From NCBI GenBank assembly GCA_964630755.1, contig CAZVYS010000001.1, positions 25,893 to 89,892 on the forward strand: a DNA stretch of 64,000 bases, given 5' to 3'. A program made the position numbers and the translations under genes. This document shows positions 1 through 10,084 of this stretch, in pieces (the stretch's first letter is position 1; each line of letters begins with the position of its first letter). Under the pieces are notes generated by a model, which was not told the origin of the DNA, searched no databases, and was given only the letters and a program-made list of their open reading frames with translations. Source of the stretch: an uncultured Pseudomonadales bacterium (GTDB lineage Bacteria; Patescibacteriota; Microgenomatia; UBA1400; CG1-02-47-37).

Positions 1-123
1 TTCGTGTTTTCTTAAAACCTTTAGATAGGTATCTGGGGTGATTTTTTCCAGCATAGTTAAAGCCTTAATTAAAGGTTTCATTTTTTTCTGGTGAATTTTT
101 GGGTTAAAATCAAACTTAGACAT
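1..123 (-). CDS. Partial CDS running off the window edge (MSKFDFNPKIHQKKMKPLIK...), possibly the N-terminus of an Elp3-like radical SAM/GNAT protein
   Basis: Open frame from ATG at 123 (or 81) to the window edge; family guess from weak recollection only. Confidence 0.4.
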   Translation of the reverse strand, partial: MSKFDFNPKIHQKKMKPLIKALTMLEKITPDTYLKVLRKHE

Positions 124-858
124 ATGGATAAAAAGACAGCTGGTAAGCTAAATCAAATTAATCAAGATTTCTACTTAAAGGTTCAGGAGTATTTTAACAG
201 AACAAGGCAATATTACTGGCGAGGGTTTGAAAAATTACTTCCCTATTTAGCTAACCTTCAGGGAGACTCCCTAAAGGTTCTTGATGTAGCTTGTGGGAAT
301 GGCCGATTTGGAAAGTTTTTAGCAGAAAAGGAAAGAAAGATTAAATACACAGGAATTGATAATAATCAGTATTTGTTAGATCAGGCTCAAAAAGACTTAC
401 CAAAAGCTAAGTTAATAAAACAGGATATTTTTGACAAATGGCAAGTTAAAGATAAATATGAGGTAATTGTTTTATTGGGTATTTTGCACCACATTCCAGG
501 TTTTGAAAATAGAGTAAAAATATTATTAAGAGCTAAAAAGAAATTAAAGAAAAACGGAGTGTTAATTTTTAGTTTATGGAGATTTGATAAGTCAAGAAAA
601 TATACCAGAAGAGTAATTAACTGGGGAGAGTTTAATCAAAATAGTAAGATAAAGATAAATCTAGATGAGCTTGAAAAAGGTGACAAAATAATAGACTGGA
701 AAAGAGGAGCTACAGCTTATCGATATGTGCATGTAACTTCTAAAATAGAGTTGGCTAAAATGATTGATAGGCTTCAAATGACAAAAACAAAAGAATTTTT
801 AGCTGATGGTGAGGAGAACAAGGGAAATAAATACGTTATTTTAAAAGCGGCAGCTTAA
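124..858 (+). CDS. Class I SAM-dependent methyltransferase
   Basis: Motif I VLDVACGNG, GIDNN, LHHIP; ATG 124 preferred to GTG 91. Confidence 0.85.
   Translation: MDKKTAGKLNQINQDFYLKVQEYFNRTRQYYWRGFEKLLPYLANLQGDSLKVLDVACGNGRFGKFLAEKERKIKYTGIDNNQYLLDQAQKDLPKAKLIKQDIFDKWQVKDKYEVIVLLGILHHIPGFENRVKILLRAKKKLKKNGVLIFSLWRFDKSRKYTRRVINWGEFNQNSKIKINLDELEKGDKIIDWKRGATAYRYVHVTSKIELAKMIDRLQMTKTKEFLADGEENKGNKYVILKAAA
253..279. repeat. Family-A palindrome, in-frame in the methyltransferase (encodes NLQGDSLKV)
   Basis: AACCTTCAGGGA-GAC-TCCCTAAAGGTT, 12-bp arms with 1 mismatch. Confidence 0.8.
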
Positions 859-1306
859 ATGGTTTTTGAAGATATTTTTTATAATTATTAATCATATCTA
901 AGTGATCAAAGGCTATTTCTTTCGAATTTGGTAGATTGTTAAGGTTAAACCATTTAGCTTGTTTAATTTCATGATCAGGCTCTTTAATTTTTTTTAAAGG
1001 TTTTAGTAAATGAACAAAAGAAATGTTTTGACGATCTTCATTTTTTCGATCAGGATTATCAATAATTTGAAATAAATCAATTACTTTGGTTTGATAGCCG
1101 GTTTCTTCAAAAACTTCTCGTTTGGCAGCTTTTTTTACAGTTTCATCTCTTTCAACATAACCACCTGGTAGTGCCCATTTATTTGGCTCTAGATACTTAG
1201 AGCCTCGTTTGACTAATAGAATTTGGTTGTCTTTAGTAACCAAATTATCAACTACTACATGGCGAAGTAAAACTTTGTTCTGGTTTTCAAAATTACAGGT
1301 AATCAT
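836..1306 (-). CDS. NUDIX hydrolase
   Basis: Nudix box GGYVERDETVKKAAKREVFEETG; AFDH tail. Confidence 0.9.
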   Translation of the reverse strand: MITCNFENQNKVLLRHVVVDNLVTKDNQILLVKRGSKYLEPNKWALPGGYVERDETVKKAAKREVFEETGYQTKVIDLFQIIDNPDRKNEDRQNISFVHLLKPLKKIKEPDHEIKQAKWFNLNNLPNSKEIAFDHLDMINNYKKYLQKPFKLPLLK

Positions 1307-2103
1307 TAACTAATAATGGGTTTGACAATCTTGATTATTGATTTAGTTAAGTTTTTTGGACCAATAACTAAAGAGTGTTGATAGGATTTAATGTTAGGGT
1401 GATTAACATCCGGTGGTTTAGAAATAAATTGATAGTAAAGATTGGCTTCTTTGGCAAAGAGAATAATGGCGGCAATATCCCAGATGGCTAGTTTAGTAAA
1501 AATAGCACAGTCAACTCTATCTAGAACTATATTTATGCCGTTAAAAACACAACTACCAAAATAGCGTGGATAGGGAATTATTTTTTTTAACTTGTTGCTT
1601 ATTTCGTAACGCTCTTTATCAAATGATCCATGGGAATAAACTAGAAATTTTGCAGTTACAGAAGGCTTTGAAAGATGTTTTTGATTATTTAGATACAAAC
1701 CATGATTTTTTTTTGCATGAATTAATTCGTTTTGCATGGGAAGTGAGGCAATGGCATAAAGTGGTTGATTTTGATGCCATAAAGCTATCGAGGTGGCAAA
1801 AATAGGAATAGCTTGAGCAAAATTTGAGGTGCCATCGATTGGGTCGATGATCCAGTTATATTCTTTTACTTTTGGCTTGGTTTCTTCTCCAATAAATCCT
1901 GATTCTGGTAATAATTTAGCTAATTTATTCTTGATCATTTCCTCAACTTGATGGTCAACCTGGGTAACAATAGAAATAGAAGAATTTTTAGATTTTTTGT
2001 AAGAAATTTCTAGCTCAGTGTTAAATTTTTCAAGAATTAGTTTGTTGGTTTTTTTTAATAACGAGCAAAGTTCTTGATGAATGTGGTTTAAATCTGGTTT
2101 CAT
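1306..2103 (-). CDS. Inositol monophosphatase (SuhB-like) family protein
   Basis: GEE, WIIDPIDGTSNF and WDIAA motifs. Confidence 0.9.
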   Translation of the reverse strand: MKPDLNHIHQELCSLLKKTNKLILEKFNTELEISYKKSKNSSISIVTQVDHQVEEMIKNKLAKLLPESGFIGEETKPKVKEYNWIIDPIDGTSNFAQAIPIFATSIALWHQNQPLYAIASLPMQNELIHAKKNHGLYLNNQKHLSKPSVTAKFLVYSHGSFDKERYEISNKLKKIIPYPRYFGSCVFNGINIVLDRVDCAIFTKLAIWDIAAIILFAKEANLYYQFISKPPDVNHPNIKSYQHSLVIGPKNLTKSIIKIVKPIIS

Positions 2104-2120
2104 TTAGTTATGATATCACA

Positions 2121-3257
2121 CTATAATTTAATAGTTTCAGCTTGCAAGGTAATTTTGTTAATAACTTTGTCTATTGGATAATCTGATTCAATTTGTTTAA
2201 CTTTTTCTAAGTTAGCTCTCGTGGCTGGTTTTTTACTCACTAAACTACAACAATCTTTGTAGGGTTTAATTGCTTGTTTTTCTAGGTCAATATTCTTAAC
2301 TAAGTTAATAATATCTTTTTTATCCATACCGATAAGGGGCCTAAAGATAGGGATGCCAACAGATTCATCAACAGCAACAATGTTTTCCATGGTTTGGGAA
2401 GCCACTTGACCTAAAGAATCACCTAAAACTAAAGCCTGGTAGCCGTGTTTCTTGGCTAGGTTCTCCCCGACTTTAACCATCAGACGTCTAAAAACAACTA
2501 GTTCTTGTTTTTGGAGCTTAGAATCAATTTCTAAAGCTGTTATTTGAAATGGAGTGTATGAAGATAAAAATAGCTTTTGAGATTGAGTGTAACTTGACAG
2601 TTTATCAACAATGGATTTTATTTTTGAGTTTAAAACTTTTTTTTGATCGGCAAAGACATGAAAGTGTAAATAATCGACCTTGGCTCCCCTTTTGGACATT
2701 AAATAACTTGAGGCAATTGAGTCAAAACCACCAGATAACAAAGATAAGACTTTACCAGAGGTGCCAACTGGCAGGCCACCGGATCCAGAAATCTTTTTTG
2801 TGTACAAGTGAGTGAAATTTTTGTTAATTATGATAAAAATTTGAGTTTGAGGATTTTTTAGATTAACTTTTGATTTGGTTGCTTTTCTGACTGCCTCTCC
2901 TACCTTAATGGCTACATCTTGACTATTAAATGAAATGGTTTTATCAGCTCGTGTAACGCGAAGAGCAAAGCTTTTTGGTTTTGAAGCTAATTTTATAGCT
3001 TGCCTTGAAATTTCTTTTAAATTGGTTTTAGTTTCTTTTATATGAGCAAACCAGGCAATGCCAAATACATTTTGAAGTTTATTTATGCTTTGATTAATTA
3101 AACTAGATTTCACCTCTATAAATAACTGTTTTCTTCCCAGAGTGACAATAACTGGATTAATAGTCTGTTTAATGTTTCTGATAAGCTGATGTTCGAAGTC
3201 TTTTCGGTTGTGGCCTTTGAGACCAATTTCTGCGTACCGAACGAGAATTTTTGCCAT
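2121..3257 (-). CDS. thiI: tRNA 4-thiouridine(8) synthase ThiI, form without rhodanese domain
   Basis: RYAEIGLKG, THUMP region, GGLPVGTSG, LSGGFDS PP-loop, GDSLGQVASQT, DCC. Confidence 0.93.
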   Translation of the reverse strand: MAKILVRYAEIGLKGHNRKDFEHQLIRNIKQTINPVIVTLGRKQLFIEVKSSLINQSINKLQNVFGIAWFAHIKETKTNLKEISRQAIKLASKPKSFALRVTRADKTISFNSQDVAIKVGEAVRKATKSKVNLKNPQTQIFIIINKNFTHLYTKKISGSGGLPVGTSGKVLSLLSGGFDSIASSYLMSKRGAKVDYLHFHVFADQKKVLNSKIKSIVDKLSSYTQSQKLFLSSYTPFQITALEIDSKLQKQELVVFRRLMVKVGENLAKKHGYQALVLGDSLGQVASQTMENIVAVDESVGIPIFRPLIGMDKKDIINLVKNIDLEKQAIKPYKDCCSLVSKKPATRANLEKVKQIESDYPIDKVINKITLQAETIKL

Positions 3258-3289
3258 ATAAGGGTATTTTATAATAAAATAGACAATAA

Positions 3290-3360
3290 TGCCGGATAGT
3301 AAAATGGCATTACAATTGGTTCTGGACCAATTATTCTAGGTTCGAGTCCTAGTCCGGCAA
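3290..3360 (+). tRNA. tRNA-Gln (CTG), CCA not encoded
   Basis: Acceptor TGCCGGA/TCCGGCA, anticodon arm ATTGG-TTCTGGA-CCAAT, T arm CTAGG-TTCGAGT-CCTAG. Confidence 0.93.
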
Positions 3361-3373
3361 CAGATCAGAAAAG

Positions 3374-4531
3374 TTATTTAAGTTGTTTTTTGGTGTAGAT
3401 CCAGATTCCGCCCAGGCCTGAAAGCAAAGCTATAAGGCTAACAAAGGCTCCGACTCCAGGAATAAGTTTTAGAAGATAAAGAGCTAGTAAGCCTAAAGAG
3501 AAAGTGACTTGAGGGCTGACTTTTTTCCAGTTTAAATACTTATCAAGAGTGAGGCCAATGGCCATGGCAGTAAATAATTTAGCTAAGCTAAGCTCAATAA
3601 TAAACACCATTGCTAAAATGGCGGCTAAAGGAAAACCTACTCCAGTAATGGCTAATAGCATTAACGCAGGAAAGGTTAATATGACTAAAACTAGTCCCCA
3701 ACCAAGACTTGATAGAAATTTTGATTTAATGTTACCGGCAATAGCTAGGGTTGGTTTTTTTAGTAACCAAAGTAAGACTAAGCCAACAATCAAACTAGAG
3801 AAAAAAGATATTACCTTAAATGCATACTTAGCATTAGACAAATTCTTGTTAAGATTCATTTTGAATTGCTTGTTATTCCATTCGTTTGACTTTGGAGTAT
3901 GGCGTTTTGTTTCACCTAAAATAACAGCCTGATCATCGATCTGAAGATCTTTTTCGGTAGCGTAGGTTAGGTTGCCATTAATAACTGTTTTGGGGCCAAA
4001 ACTTACATCTTCACCACCAATATAGGCTTCGCCGCCAACTGGAGCGTTGTGTTTAAAGTTACCGGCACCAACCATAAGGTTTCTTAAGACTGGAGCTTGA
4101 TTATCAAGCATTCCTGTGCCTGCCAGTAGAGAACCATTTATCTTAGATTGATCATCAACTTTAATAGAACCTGCGCCTACAAGCATGCCGTCACCAATAG
4201 TAGAATCTGTAACAGTTAAATCACCTGCACCAACGACTAAATCATCACCAATTTGACCGTTAATATAGACTTTTCCAGAACCAACGATTAGATCGCCGGT
4301 AATGCTGCCAGAAAAATTAACAACGCCGGCACCAACATAAACATCGCCATCAATAGTGCCAAAGATGTCGACTGTGTCGGCGGCAAGAAATAGATCGTCG
4401 GTGATAACCTCAGATTTTTCGATAACAATGCTGCCTTCGCCTTCTTTTTTAAGAATAACTTTTGCCTGAGTAGTAGAGGCAAAAATAAATAGACTGATAA
4501 ATAGAATAAGAATAATTTTTAGTTTTTTCAT
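3374..4531 (-). CDS. Membrane protein with signal peptide, bactofilin-like beta-helix repeats and C-terminal TM bundle
   Basis: Repeated (I/V)xGDxxVGAG units followed by several hydrophobic helices; start taken at MKKLK. Confidence 0.7.
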   Translation of the reverse strand: MKKLKIILILFISLFIFASTTQAKVILKKEGEGSIVIEKSEVITDDLFLAADTVDIFGTIDGDVYVGAGVVNFSGSITGDLIVGSGKVYINGQIGDDLVVGAGDLTVTDSTIGDGMLVGAGSIKVDDQSKINGSLLAGTGMLDNQAPVLRNLMVGAGNFKHNAPVGGEAYIGGEDVSFGPKTVINGNLTYATEKDLQIDDQAVILGETKRHTPKSNEWNNKQFKMNLNKNLSNAKYAFKVISFFSSLIVGLVLLWLLKKPTLAIAGNIKSKFLSSLGWGLVLVILTFPALMLLAITGVGFPLAAILAMVFIIELSLAKLFTAMAIGLTLDKYLNWKKVSPQVTFSLGLLALYLLKLIPGVGAFVSLIALLSGLGGIWIYTKKQLK

Positions 4532-4593
4532 ATAGATAAAATATACTCTATTTTCCAAAGAATTTATAGATCTAGATATGATAATATCAACAT

Positions 4594-6378
4594 ATGAAGG
4601 AAATACGAAATATTCTATTGCAGATTCCTAAATTTAAGCGTCGATTCGCAATGTTTGTGGTGGCAGTGATTATTGCTCAAGGAGTGGCAATTCAATTAAT
4701 TCCCTTGGTTGACAGAGAAATAACTAGTTTAGTGGAAAAAGCCATAAAAGGTGAGGTGATTCCAGTTTCAAGTTTTTACCCCTATGCATTAATCGTGGCA
4801 CTAGCTTACCTAGTATTTCGCATATTTAATCGAATTTCTTACACTTTGACTAGTATTTTAAGAGAAGAGGTTTGGAATCATACTTTTAGAACTGGATTTG
4901 CCAAGGTTTTGTTTCATGACCTTGAATATATTACAGCTGATCGATCAGGAGGGCTTTTAAGTAAACTTGAACGAGCTTCGACTAGTTTTGCTAATTTATT
5001 TACCGAATCGGCGGCGGCTCTTTTTCGGAATCTTTCAAAGGCATTTGCTTCATTAATTATTATTTTTAGTATTTCATGGGAAATAGGCTTGGGTGTCTTG
5101 GGAACTATGATTACTTATTATATTGTTTACTGGTTTAGGTTTAAGCTTGATATTCCATATGCTGAAAAAAGAGACAAATTTGCTGATGATGAGTTTAGTC
5201 GAGTATGGGAGGTTATTCCTCAATCAAAAATCAGTAAGATTTTTACAAATGAAAAGAAAGAAATTAAAAATATTGCTTGGATTGGAGATGAGATTATTAA
5301 GATTATTAAAAAACGTGAACTTTTGTGGTCATATGCCAATATAGCTGAGTATCCGTTAGTAACTATTCCAACTATTGTTATTAAACTTTGGGCGGCTTGG
5401 ATGGCTATTAACGGCAGATTTGGCATTCCGACTTTTGTGCTTCTTTATTCGATGATTTCAATAGTTCAAGAGCCAATGTGGGTAATTAACTGGTTTATGT
5501 GGGAGATGCAAGATACTTTTAATAGAGCAAAAAAGTATCTGAAGATTCTTCGCTCAAAAGAAAAAGTTCTAGATCCAGTCAAGCCTGAACGAATAGCTAA
5601 TCCTTTTGGAGATATAAAATTTGAACAGGTCAGCTTTAGCTATTCTCAGGGCCAAAAAAATGTTTTTAAGAAGATAAATCTTAACTTTTCAGGTAAACAA
5701 TTTACAGCCTTAGTGGGAAAATCTGGAGCAGGAAAATCGACGATTACCAACATGATCTGTCGTTTCTTTGACGTTTCCGAAGGCAAGATAACTATTAGCG
5801 GACAGGATATTCGTAAGTTGGCTAAAAAAGATTTACGATCACATATTGGTTTTGTGACCCAAGAGTCCTTTGTTTTCTCTGGGACTGTGGCAGAAAACCT
5901 TCGATATGCAAAAGTTGATGCAACTGATGATGAAATTATGACTGCTATTAAGAAAGCTTATGCGTGGGAATTTATTAAGAACTTTAAAAAAGGCATTCAG
6001 ACCGAAATTGGAGAACGGGGAATAAAACTGTCAGGAGGACAACGTCAACGCTTGTCCATTGCTCGAACTATACTAAAAAATCCATCGATACTTATCTTAG
6101 ATGAAGCGACCAACTCTCTTGATTCTGAGTCTGAGATGGCTGTGCAGCAAGCTCTTGAAAATTTTATGAAAGATCGAACAGTGATTGTGGTGGCGCATCG
6201 TTTGTCTACTGTGCAAAATGCCGATAAGATTTATTTAATTGATGATGGTCAAGTTCAAGAAGAAGGCAACCATCAAGAACTTCTGAAGAAAAACGGAGTT
6301 TATAAAATGTTGTATGAAATTCAATCTGGTGGTTTTGAGAAAAATCGCAAGATTATGCAAGAGTATGAACTTTTATGA
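4594..6378 (+). CDS. ABC exporter, fused TMD-NBD (MsbA/MdlB-like)
   Basis: N-terminal TM domain, Walker A GKSGAGKS, LSGGQRQR, ILDEAT, H-loop. Confidence 0.92.
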   Translation: MKEIRNILLQIPKFKRRFAMFVVAVIIAQGVAIQLIPLVDREITSLVEKAIKGEVIPVSSFYPYALIVALAYLVFRIFNRISYTLTSILREEVWNHTFRTGFAKVLFHDLEYITADRSGGLLSKLERASTSFANLFTESAAALFRNLSKAFASLIIIFSISWEIGLGVLGTMITYYIVYWFRFKLDIPYAEKRDKFADDEFSRVWEVIPQSKISKIFTNEKKEIKNIAWIGDEIIKIIKKRELLWSYANIAEYPLVTIPTIVIKLWAAWMAINGRFGIPTFVLLYSMISIVQEPMWVINWFMWEMQDTFNRAKKYLKILRSKEKVLDPVKPERIANPFGDIKFEQVSFSYSQGQKNVFKKINLNFSGKQFTALVGKSGAGKSTITNMICRFFDVSEGKITISGQDIRKLAKKDLRSHIGFVTQESFVFSGTVAENLRYAKVDATDDEIMTAIKKAYAWEFIKNFKKGIQTEIGERGIKLSGGQRQRLSIARTILKNPSILILDEATNSLDSESEMAVQQALENFMKDRTVIVVAHRLSTVQNADKIYLIDDGQVQEEGNHQELLKKNGVYKMLYEIQSGGFEKNRKIMQEYELL

Positions 6379-7475
6379 TAAAACTTGATCTTTCTGATCG
6401 AACAAATATGTTTTACTGGCAGACTAATCGTCGGATTTCTGCCAAAGTGATGAAAGAAATATTTTTAGATCGATCTAAAAGCTTTGATAAATCAGTAATA
6501 AAACCAGCAGTTGAGTATGGAATGCAAAAGGCTGGAAAAAGTAAAAAAGAATCAAAAGTTGTAGAAATTGGAGATTTAATAACAGATGGTTTGGTAAACA
6601 ATGTATTAAGAGTAAGAATTGCCGATGAAACTGAAGTGATTTTTCGAATGCATCCAAAAGGAGTTAAAAACGGATACTTCTGGGCAGAAAGTGTAGCGGC
6701 TTTTAAGGCTATAGAAAAAGGGGTGTCAACATATACTACTTATATTATTGTTGATGACAGAGAAAAGTTTGATTTTGATTTTATGATCATGGAAGCTTTA
6801 CCAGGTGAAACAATGAGAAATTTTACAAAATCAGGAGAAATTGAGTATCAGTGGGAAGAACAGTTAATTAGACAAACAGGGAAATATTTAGGCTTGATTC
6901 ATCAAGTGAAACCAAAGGGTTTTGGATTTTTTGATAATCAAGTGGCTAAAAAAGAACAAATATTGAAAGGGCAGTATAAAACTTTTAAAGAACATATCTT
7001 TGCAGCCTTAGATAATGATCTTGATAACTTAGAAAAGTTTAAAACTATTAAAAAAGGCCAAAAGAAAAAAATAAAAAAACTATTTGAAGATGGTAAAGAT
7101 TTAATGAATTGTAAGTCACCTGTCTTAATCCATAATGACGTAGCTGACTGGAATACTTTATCTAATGGCAAAAAAGTAACAGGTATTATTGACTGGGATG
7201 AAAGTGTATCTGGAGACCCGGTGATGGATTTTTCTGCTTATAGTTTGTTTTTTGGAGAACCTAGAATGAGTTGGTTTAAAGAAGGGTATAAGGAAACTAA
7301 TGACATACCAGATAACTTTGAAGATAAATTCCAGCTGTTTAAATTAAGGTATTTGGTATCAAAGCTTTGGTTAAGGGTAAGTATGGCTTCTGTTCATGAT
7401 TCACCAGGACTTCAGCGAAATATTAAACGTGGCTTTGAAGCTTTAGAGGAAGTATTTACTTATTTTAAGGTTTAG
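6375..7475 (+). CDS. Aminoglycoside phosphotransferase (APH)-like kinase
   Basis: Brenner motif HNDVADWN and IIDWDE; ATGA overlap with upstream gene. Confidence 0.8.
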   Translation: MIKLDLSDRTNMFYWQTNRRISAKVMKEIFLDRSKSFDKSVIKPAVEYGMQKAGKSKKESKVVEIGDLITDGLVNNVLRVRIADETEVIFRMHPKGVKNGYFWAESVAAFKAIEKGVSTYTTYIIVDDREKFDFDFMIMEALPGETMRNFTKSGEIEYQWEEQLIRQTGKYLGLIHQVKPKGFGFFDNQVAKKEQILKGQYKTFKEHIFAALDNDLDNLEKFKTIKKGQKKKIKKLFEDGKDLMNCKSPVLIHNDVADWNTLSNGKKVTGIIDWDESVSGDPVMDFSAYSLFFGEPRMSWFKEGYKETNDIPDNFEDKFQLFKLRYLVSKLWLRVSMASVHDSPGLQRNIKRGFEALEEVFTYFKV

Positions 7476-7481
7476 AGTGTC

Positions 7482-7985
7482 ATGAAAAATAACTATTCAT
7501 TGTGGGTAGTGCCACCTACAAAGATTAAGCAACAACTAGAAACTGTTATAAATCAGTTGAGTAATGAGTATAATGCGCCCAGATTTGAAGCTCATATGAC
7601 AATTTTAGGAGGATTTGATGAAGAAGAAAAAGAAATGCTTAATAAAGCGCGGCAAATAGCTAAAAAAATAAAACCATTTGTATTGAGCCTAGATAAAGTT
7701 TCTTGCAGTACAACCTATGTTCAAAATGTTTTAGTTAGAGTAACCGTAACCAAAGAAGTACTTGAAGCTAACATGGTGGCAAAAAAAGTAATGAAAAAAG
7801 AAAATGACATGTTTATGCCGCATATTAGCCTAATGTATGGGGATCATACTATGAAAGAAAGAGCTGAGATTGCTTTAAAAATTAATCTACCCAGAGAGAT
7901 ATCATTTGATGTAAGCAAACTGGTGGTAATGGAAACTGGAGCTAATATTGAAAAATGGAAGTGTTTAGACGAGATTTCATTCTGA
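7482..7985 (+). CDS. 2H phosphoesterase (cyclic phosphodiesterase-like)
   Basis: YSLWVVP start, two Hx(T/S) motifs FEAHMT and FMPHISL. Confidence 0.8.
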   Translation: MKNNYSLWVVPPTKIKQQLETVINQLSNEYNAPRFEAHMTILGGFDEEEKEMLNKARQIAKKIKPFVLSLDKVSCSTTYVQNVLVRVTVTKEVLEANMVAKKVMKKENDMFMPHISLMYGDHTMKERAEIALKINLPREISFDVSKLVVMETGANIEKWKCLDEISF

Positions 7986-8003
7986 CAAGGCCGGGCCTTG
8001 TCA
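7983..8003. repeat. Perfect hairpin between convergent genes (family-A-like; possible bidirectional terminator)
   Basis: TGACAAGGCC-G-GGCCTTGTCA with AAGG-N5-CCTT core. Confidence 0.65.
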
Positions 8004-8004
8004 T

Positions 8005-8583
8005 TTAATTAGGGATGCAGTTTGGCCAAATGTAGGCTTGGTTAATCGATAAAACATAGGCAGCTGTTCTAGCTGATTCTTTGGCGTTGAAGCGTAAATC
8101 TGGGTTTATGTCTTTATTCATCAAGTTTCTGTAGTGGATCCAAGTGTTGGGAGAAAACTGAAACAAACCAGCATAAGATAAATGCTGAGAACTTGGGTTA
8201 AAATCAGATTCACAGACTGCAATGTGACGAAAAATATGAAGGTCAATATTGTATTCTTTTGCGTATTTTTCAAAAAAACCATGAATTTCTTCGGAGGTGA
8301 ACTCAGGTTGCGGAGATGGACTGGGCCCGGCATTCGCCGGGTAAAGTTTTTTAATATTCTCAGTAGTTTCAGGGGTATTCACCCCTGAGTTATTACTAGT
8401 AGTTTTTTGGACTTTTGGAGAAGGTATGGGTGATGGAGCGGGAAAGTATGATAAGTCAGGAGTGAAGGTAGAAACAGGGTCTAGAAATTCTTGATTTTCT
8501 AATAAATTTTGCTGACTAATAATAACTAAGGGAATAATTACAAAAATAACAAGCTTGAACCAAGATAATGGTTTTTTTAACAT
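8005..8583 (-). CDS. Membrane-anchored lytic transglycosylase (SLT/Rpf-like)
   Basis: N-terminal TM, Pro/Ser linker, CES catalytic Glu, GLFQF..TW. Confidence 0.8.
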   Translation of the reverse strand: MLKKPLSWFKLVIFVIIPLVIISQQNLLENQEFLDPVSTFTPDLSYFPAPSPIPSPKVQKTTSNNSGVNTPETTENIKKLYPANAGPSPSPQPEFTSEEIHGFFEKYAKEYNIDLHIFRHIAVCESDFNPSSQHLSYAGLFQFSPNTWIHYRNLMNKDINPDLRFNAKESARTAAYVLSINQAYIWPNCIPN

Positions 8584-8609
8584 ATTTTACAAAGAGCAGA
8601 GATTATCCC

Positions 8610-9113
8610 CTATTTTCTTTTGAGCTGAAAATAGATGAAGGTATGCCGATTTTCTTTTTGGAGCTGACTAGTTTTTGTTAATTTAAACTGAGATTGATAT
8701 TTAGGAAAGAAAACGTCAGCTTTGAAATTTCCTTTAACACGAGTAATATATAGTTTGTCAGTTAAGGGAAGTGCTAAGTTGTAGATTTGACCACCGCCGA
8801 TAATAAAAATCTCTTGATTATCTTTGGTTTGAGCTAGTTTAATAGCTTTTTTTAATGAATTAACAAAGTATACATTTTGCTTTGGAGCGGAATGATTTTT
8901 ACTTCTTGATATGACAATGTGATCTCGACCAGGTAAAACACGCCCCAGAGATTCAAAGGTTTTTCTGCCCATAATAATAGGGTGACCGATGGTAAGGCTC
9001 TTAAATCTTTTTAAGTCAGCTGAGATATGCCAAAGGAGTTGATTGGTTTTAGTACTACCGATACCGAGTTTGTCATCGTGGGCAACAATTATTGAGATAG
9101 TTGGTTTTTTCAT
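8610..9113 (-). CDS. folA: Dihydrofolate reductase
   Basis: DLKRFK, IMGRKTFES, IIGGGQIY; adjacent to thyA. Confidence 0.95.
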   Translation of the reverse strand: MKKPTISIIVAHDDKLGIGSTKTNQLLWHISADLKRFKSLTIGHPIIMGRKTFESLGRVLPGRDHIVISRSKNHSAPKQNVYFVNSLKKAIKLAQTKDNQEIFIIGGGQIYNLALPLTDKLYITRVKGNFKADVFFPKYQSQFKLTKTSQLQKENRHTFIYFQLKRK

Positions 9114-10060
9114 TAAAATCCGCCAACAACAGTGATTTTACCTCTAATTGGTGGGTGGAATTGATAATTAGTTAACTTAAAGTCATTGAACTTAAAACGA
9201 TCAATGTCTTTGACTTTGGAGTTTAGTTTCATGGTTGGAAAAGGCAAAGGTTTTCGTTTAAGTTGCTCTTTGACTTGATCAAAGTGGTTTTCGTAGATAT
9301 GAGCATCGCCAAAAGTGTGGACAAACTCACCGGGTTTGTAGCCGGTAACATGAGCCAGTAGCAGAGTAAGCAGAGCGTAGGAAGCAATATTAAAAGGCAC
9401 CCCTAGAAACATGTCGGCTGATCGTTGGTAAAGGAGCAAGGAAAGTTTATCGCCGGTAATGTTGATGTGAAACATGGTGTGACAAGGGGCAATGACTGCA
9501 GATTTTTTTCTTGAAGAGGCCATCTCGTAAATGGAACCGGCGTTCCAGGCTGAGATAATGTAGTGTTTTTTTTGTGGTTTTTGCTTGATTTTATCTAAGG
9601 CCCATTTTAATTGATCAATAGTGCGACCAGATTCGGTAGGCCAGTTACGCCATTGAACTCCATAAACAGGACCAATGTCGCCCCACTTTTTCATAAAAGC
9701 TTTGTCTTTTTTAGCTTTATCAATAAAATCTTCTAGAGTTAATTTTGGCAACTTGCCTTGTTTCATTAGTTTTTTGTAGGGCTTGTAAGCCCAGTCATCC
9801 CAAATATGGACGTTGTTGTCAACTAAGTACTTGATGTTACTGGAGCCTGATAAAAACCAGATAAGTTCATGGGCAATGCCCCGCCAGAAGGTTTTTTTGG
9901 TAGTTAAGAGCGGAAAACCTTGAGAAAGATCAAAGCGTATTTGGCGACCAAAAACAGATTTTAATTTAACTCCAGTTGAATGAGACACTTTCCAGGCACC
10001 ATTATCTAAAATATCTTTTAATAAGTTTAGATATTGATGTTCTGGATGATTATTAGACAT
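9113..10060 (-). CDS. thyA: Thymidylate synthase
   Basis: GFPLLTTKK, GPVYGVQWR, PCH, YQRSADMFLGVPFN. Confidence 0.97.
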   Translation of the reverse strand: MSNNHPEHQYLNLLKDILDNGAWKVSHSTGVKLKSVFGRQIRFDLSQGFPLLTTKKTFWRGIAHELIWFLSGSSNIKYLVDNNVHIWDDWAYKPYKKLMKQGKLPKLTLEDFIDKAKKDKAFMKKWGDIGPVYGVQWRNWPTESGRTIDQLKWALDKIKQKPQKKHYIISAWNAGSIYEMASSRKKSAVIAPCHTMFHINITGDKLSLLLYQRSADMFLGVPFNIASYALLTLLLAHVTGYKPGEFVHTFGDAHIYENHFDQVKEQLKRKPLPFPTMKLNSKVKDIDRFKFNDFKLTNYQFHPPIRGKITVVGGF

Positions 10061-10084
10061 AGGTAATTTTTACCTTTTATTTAA

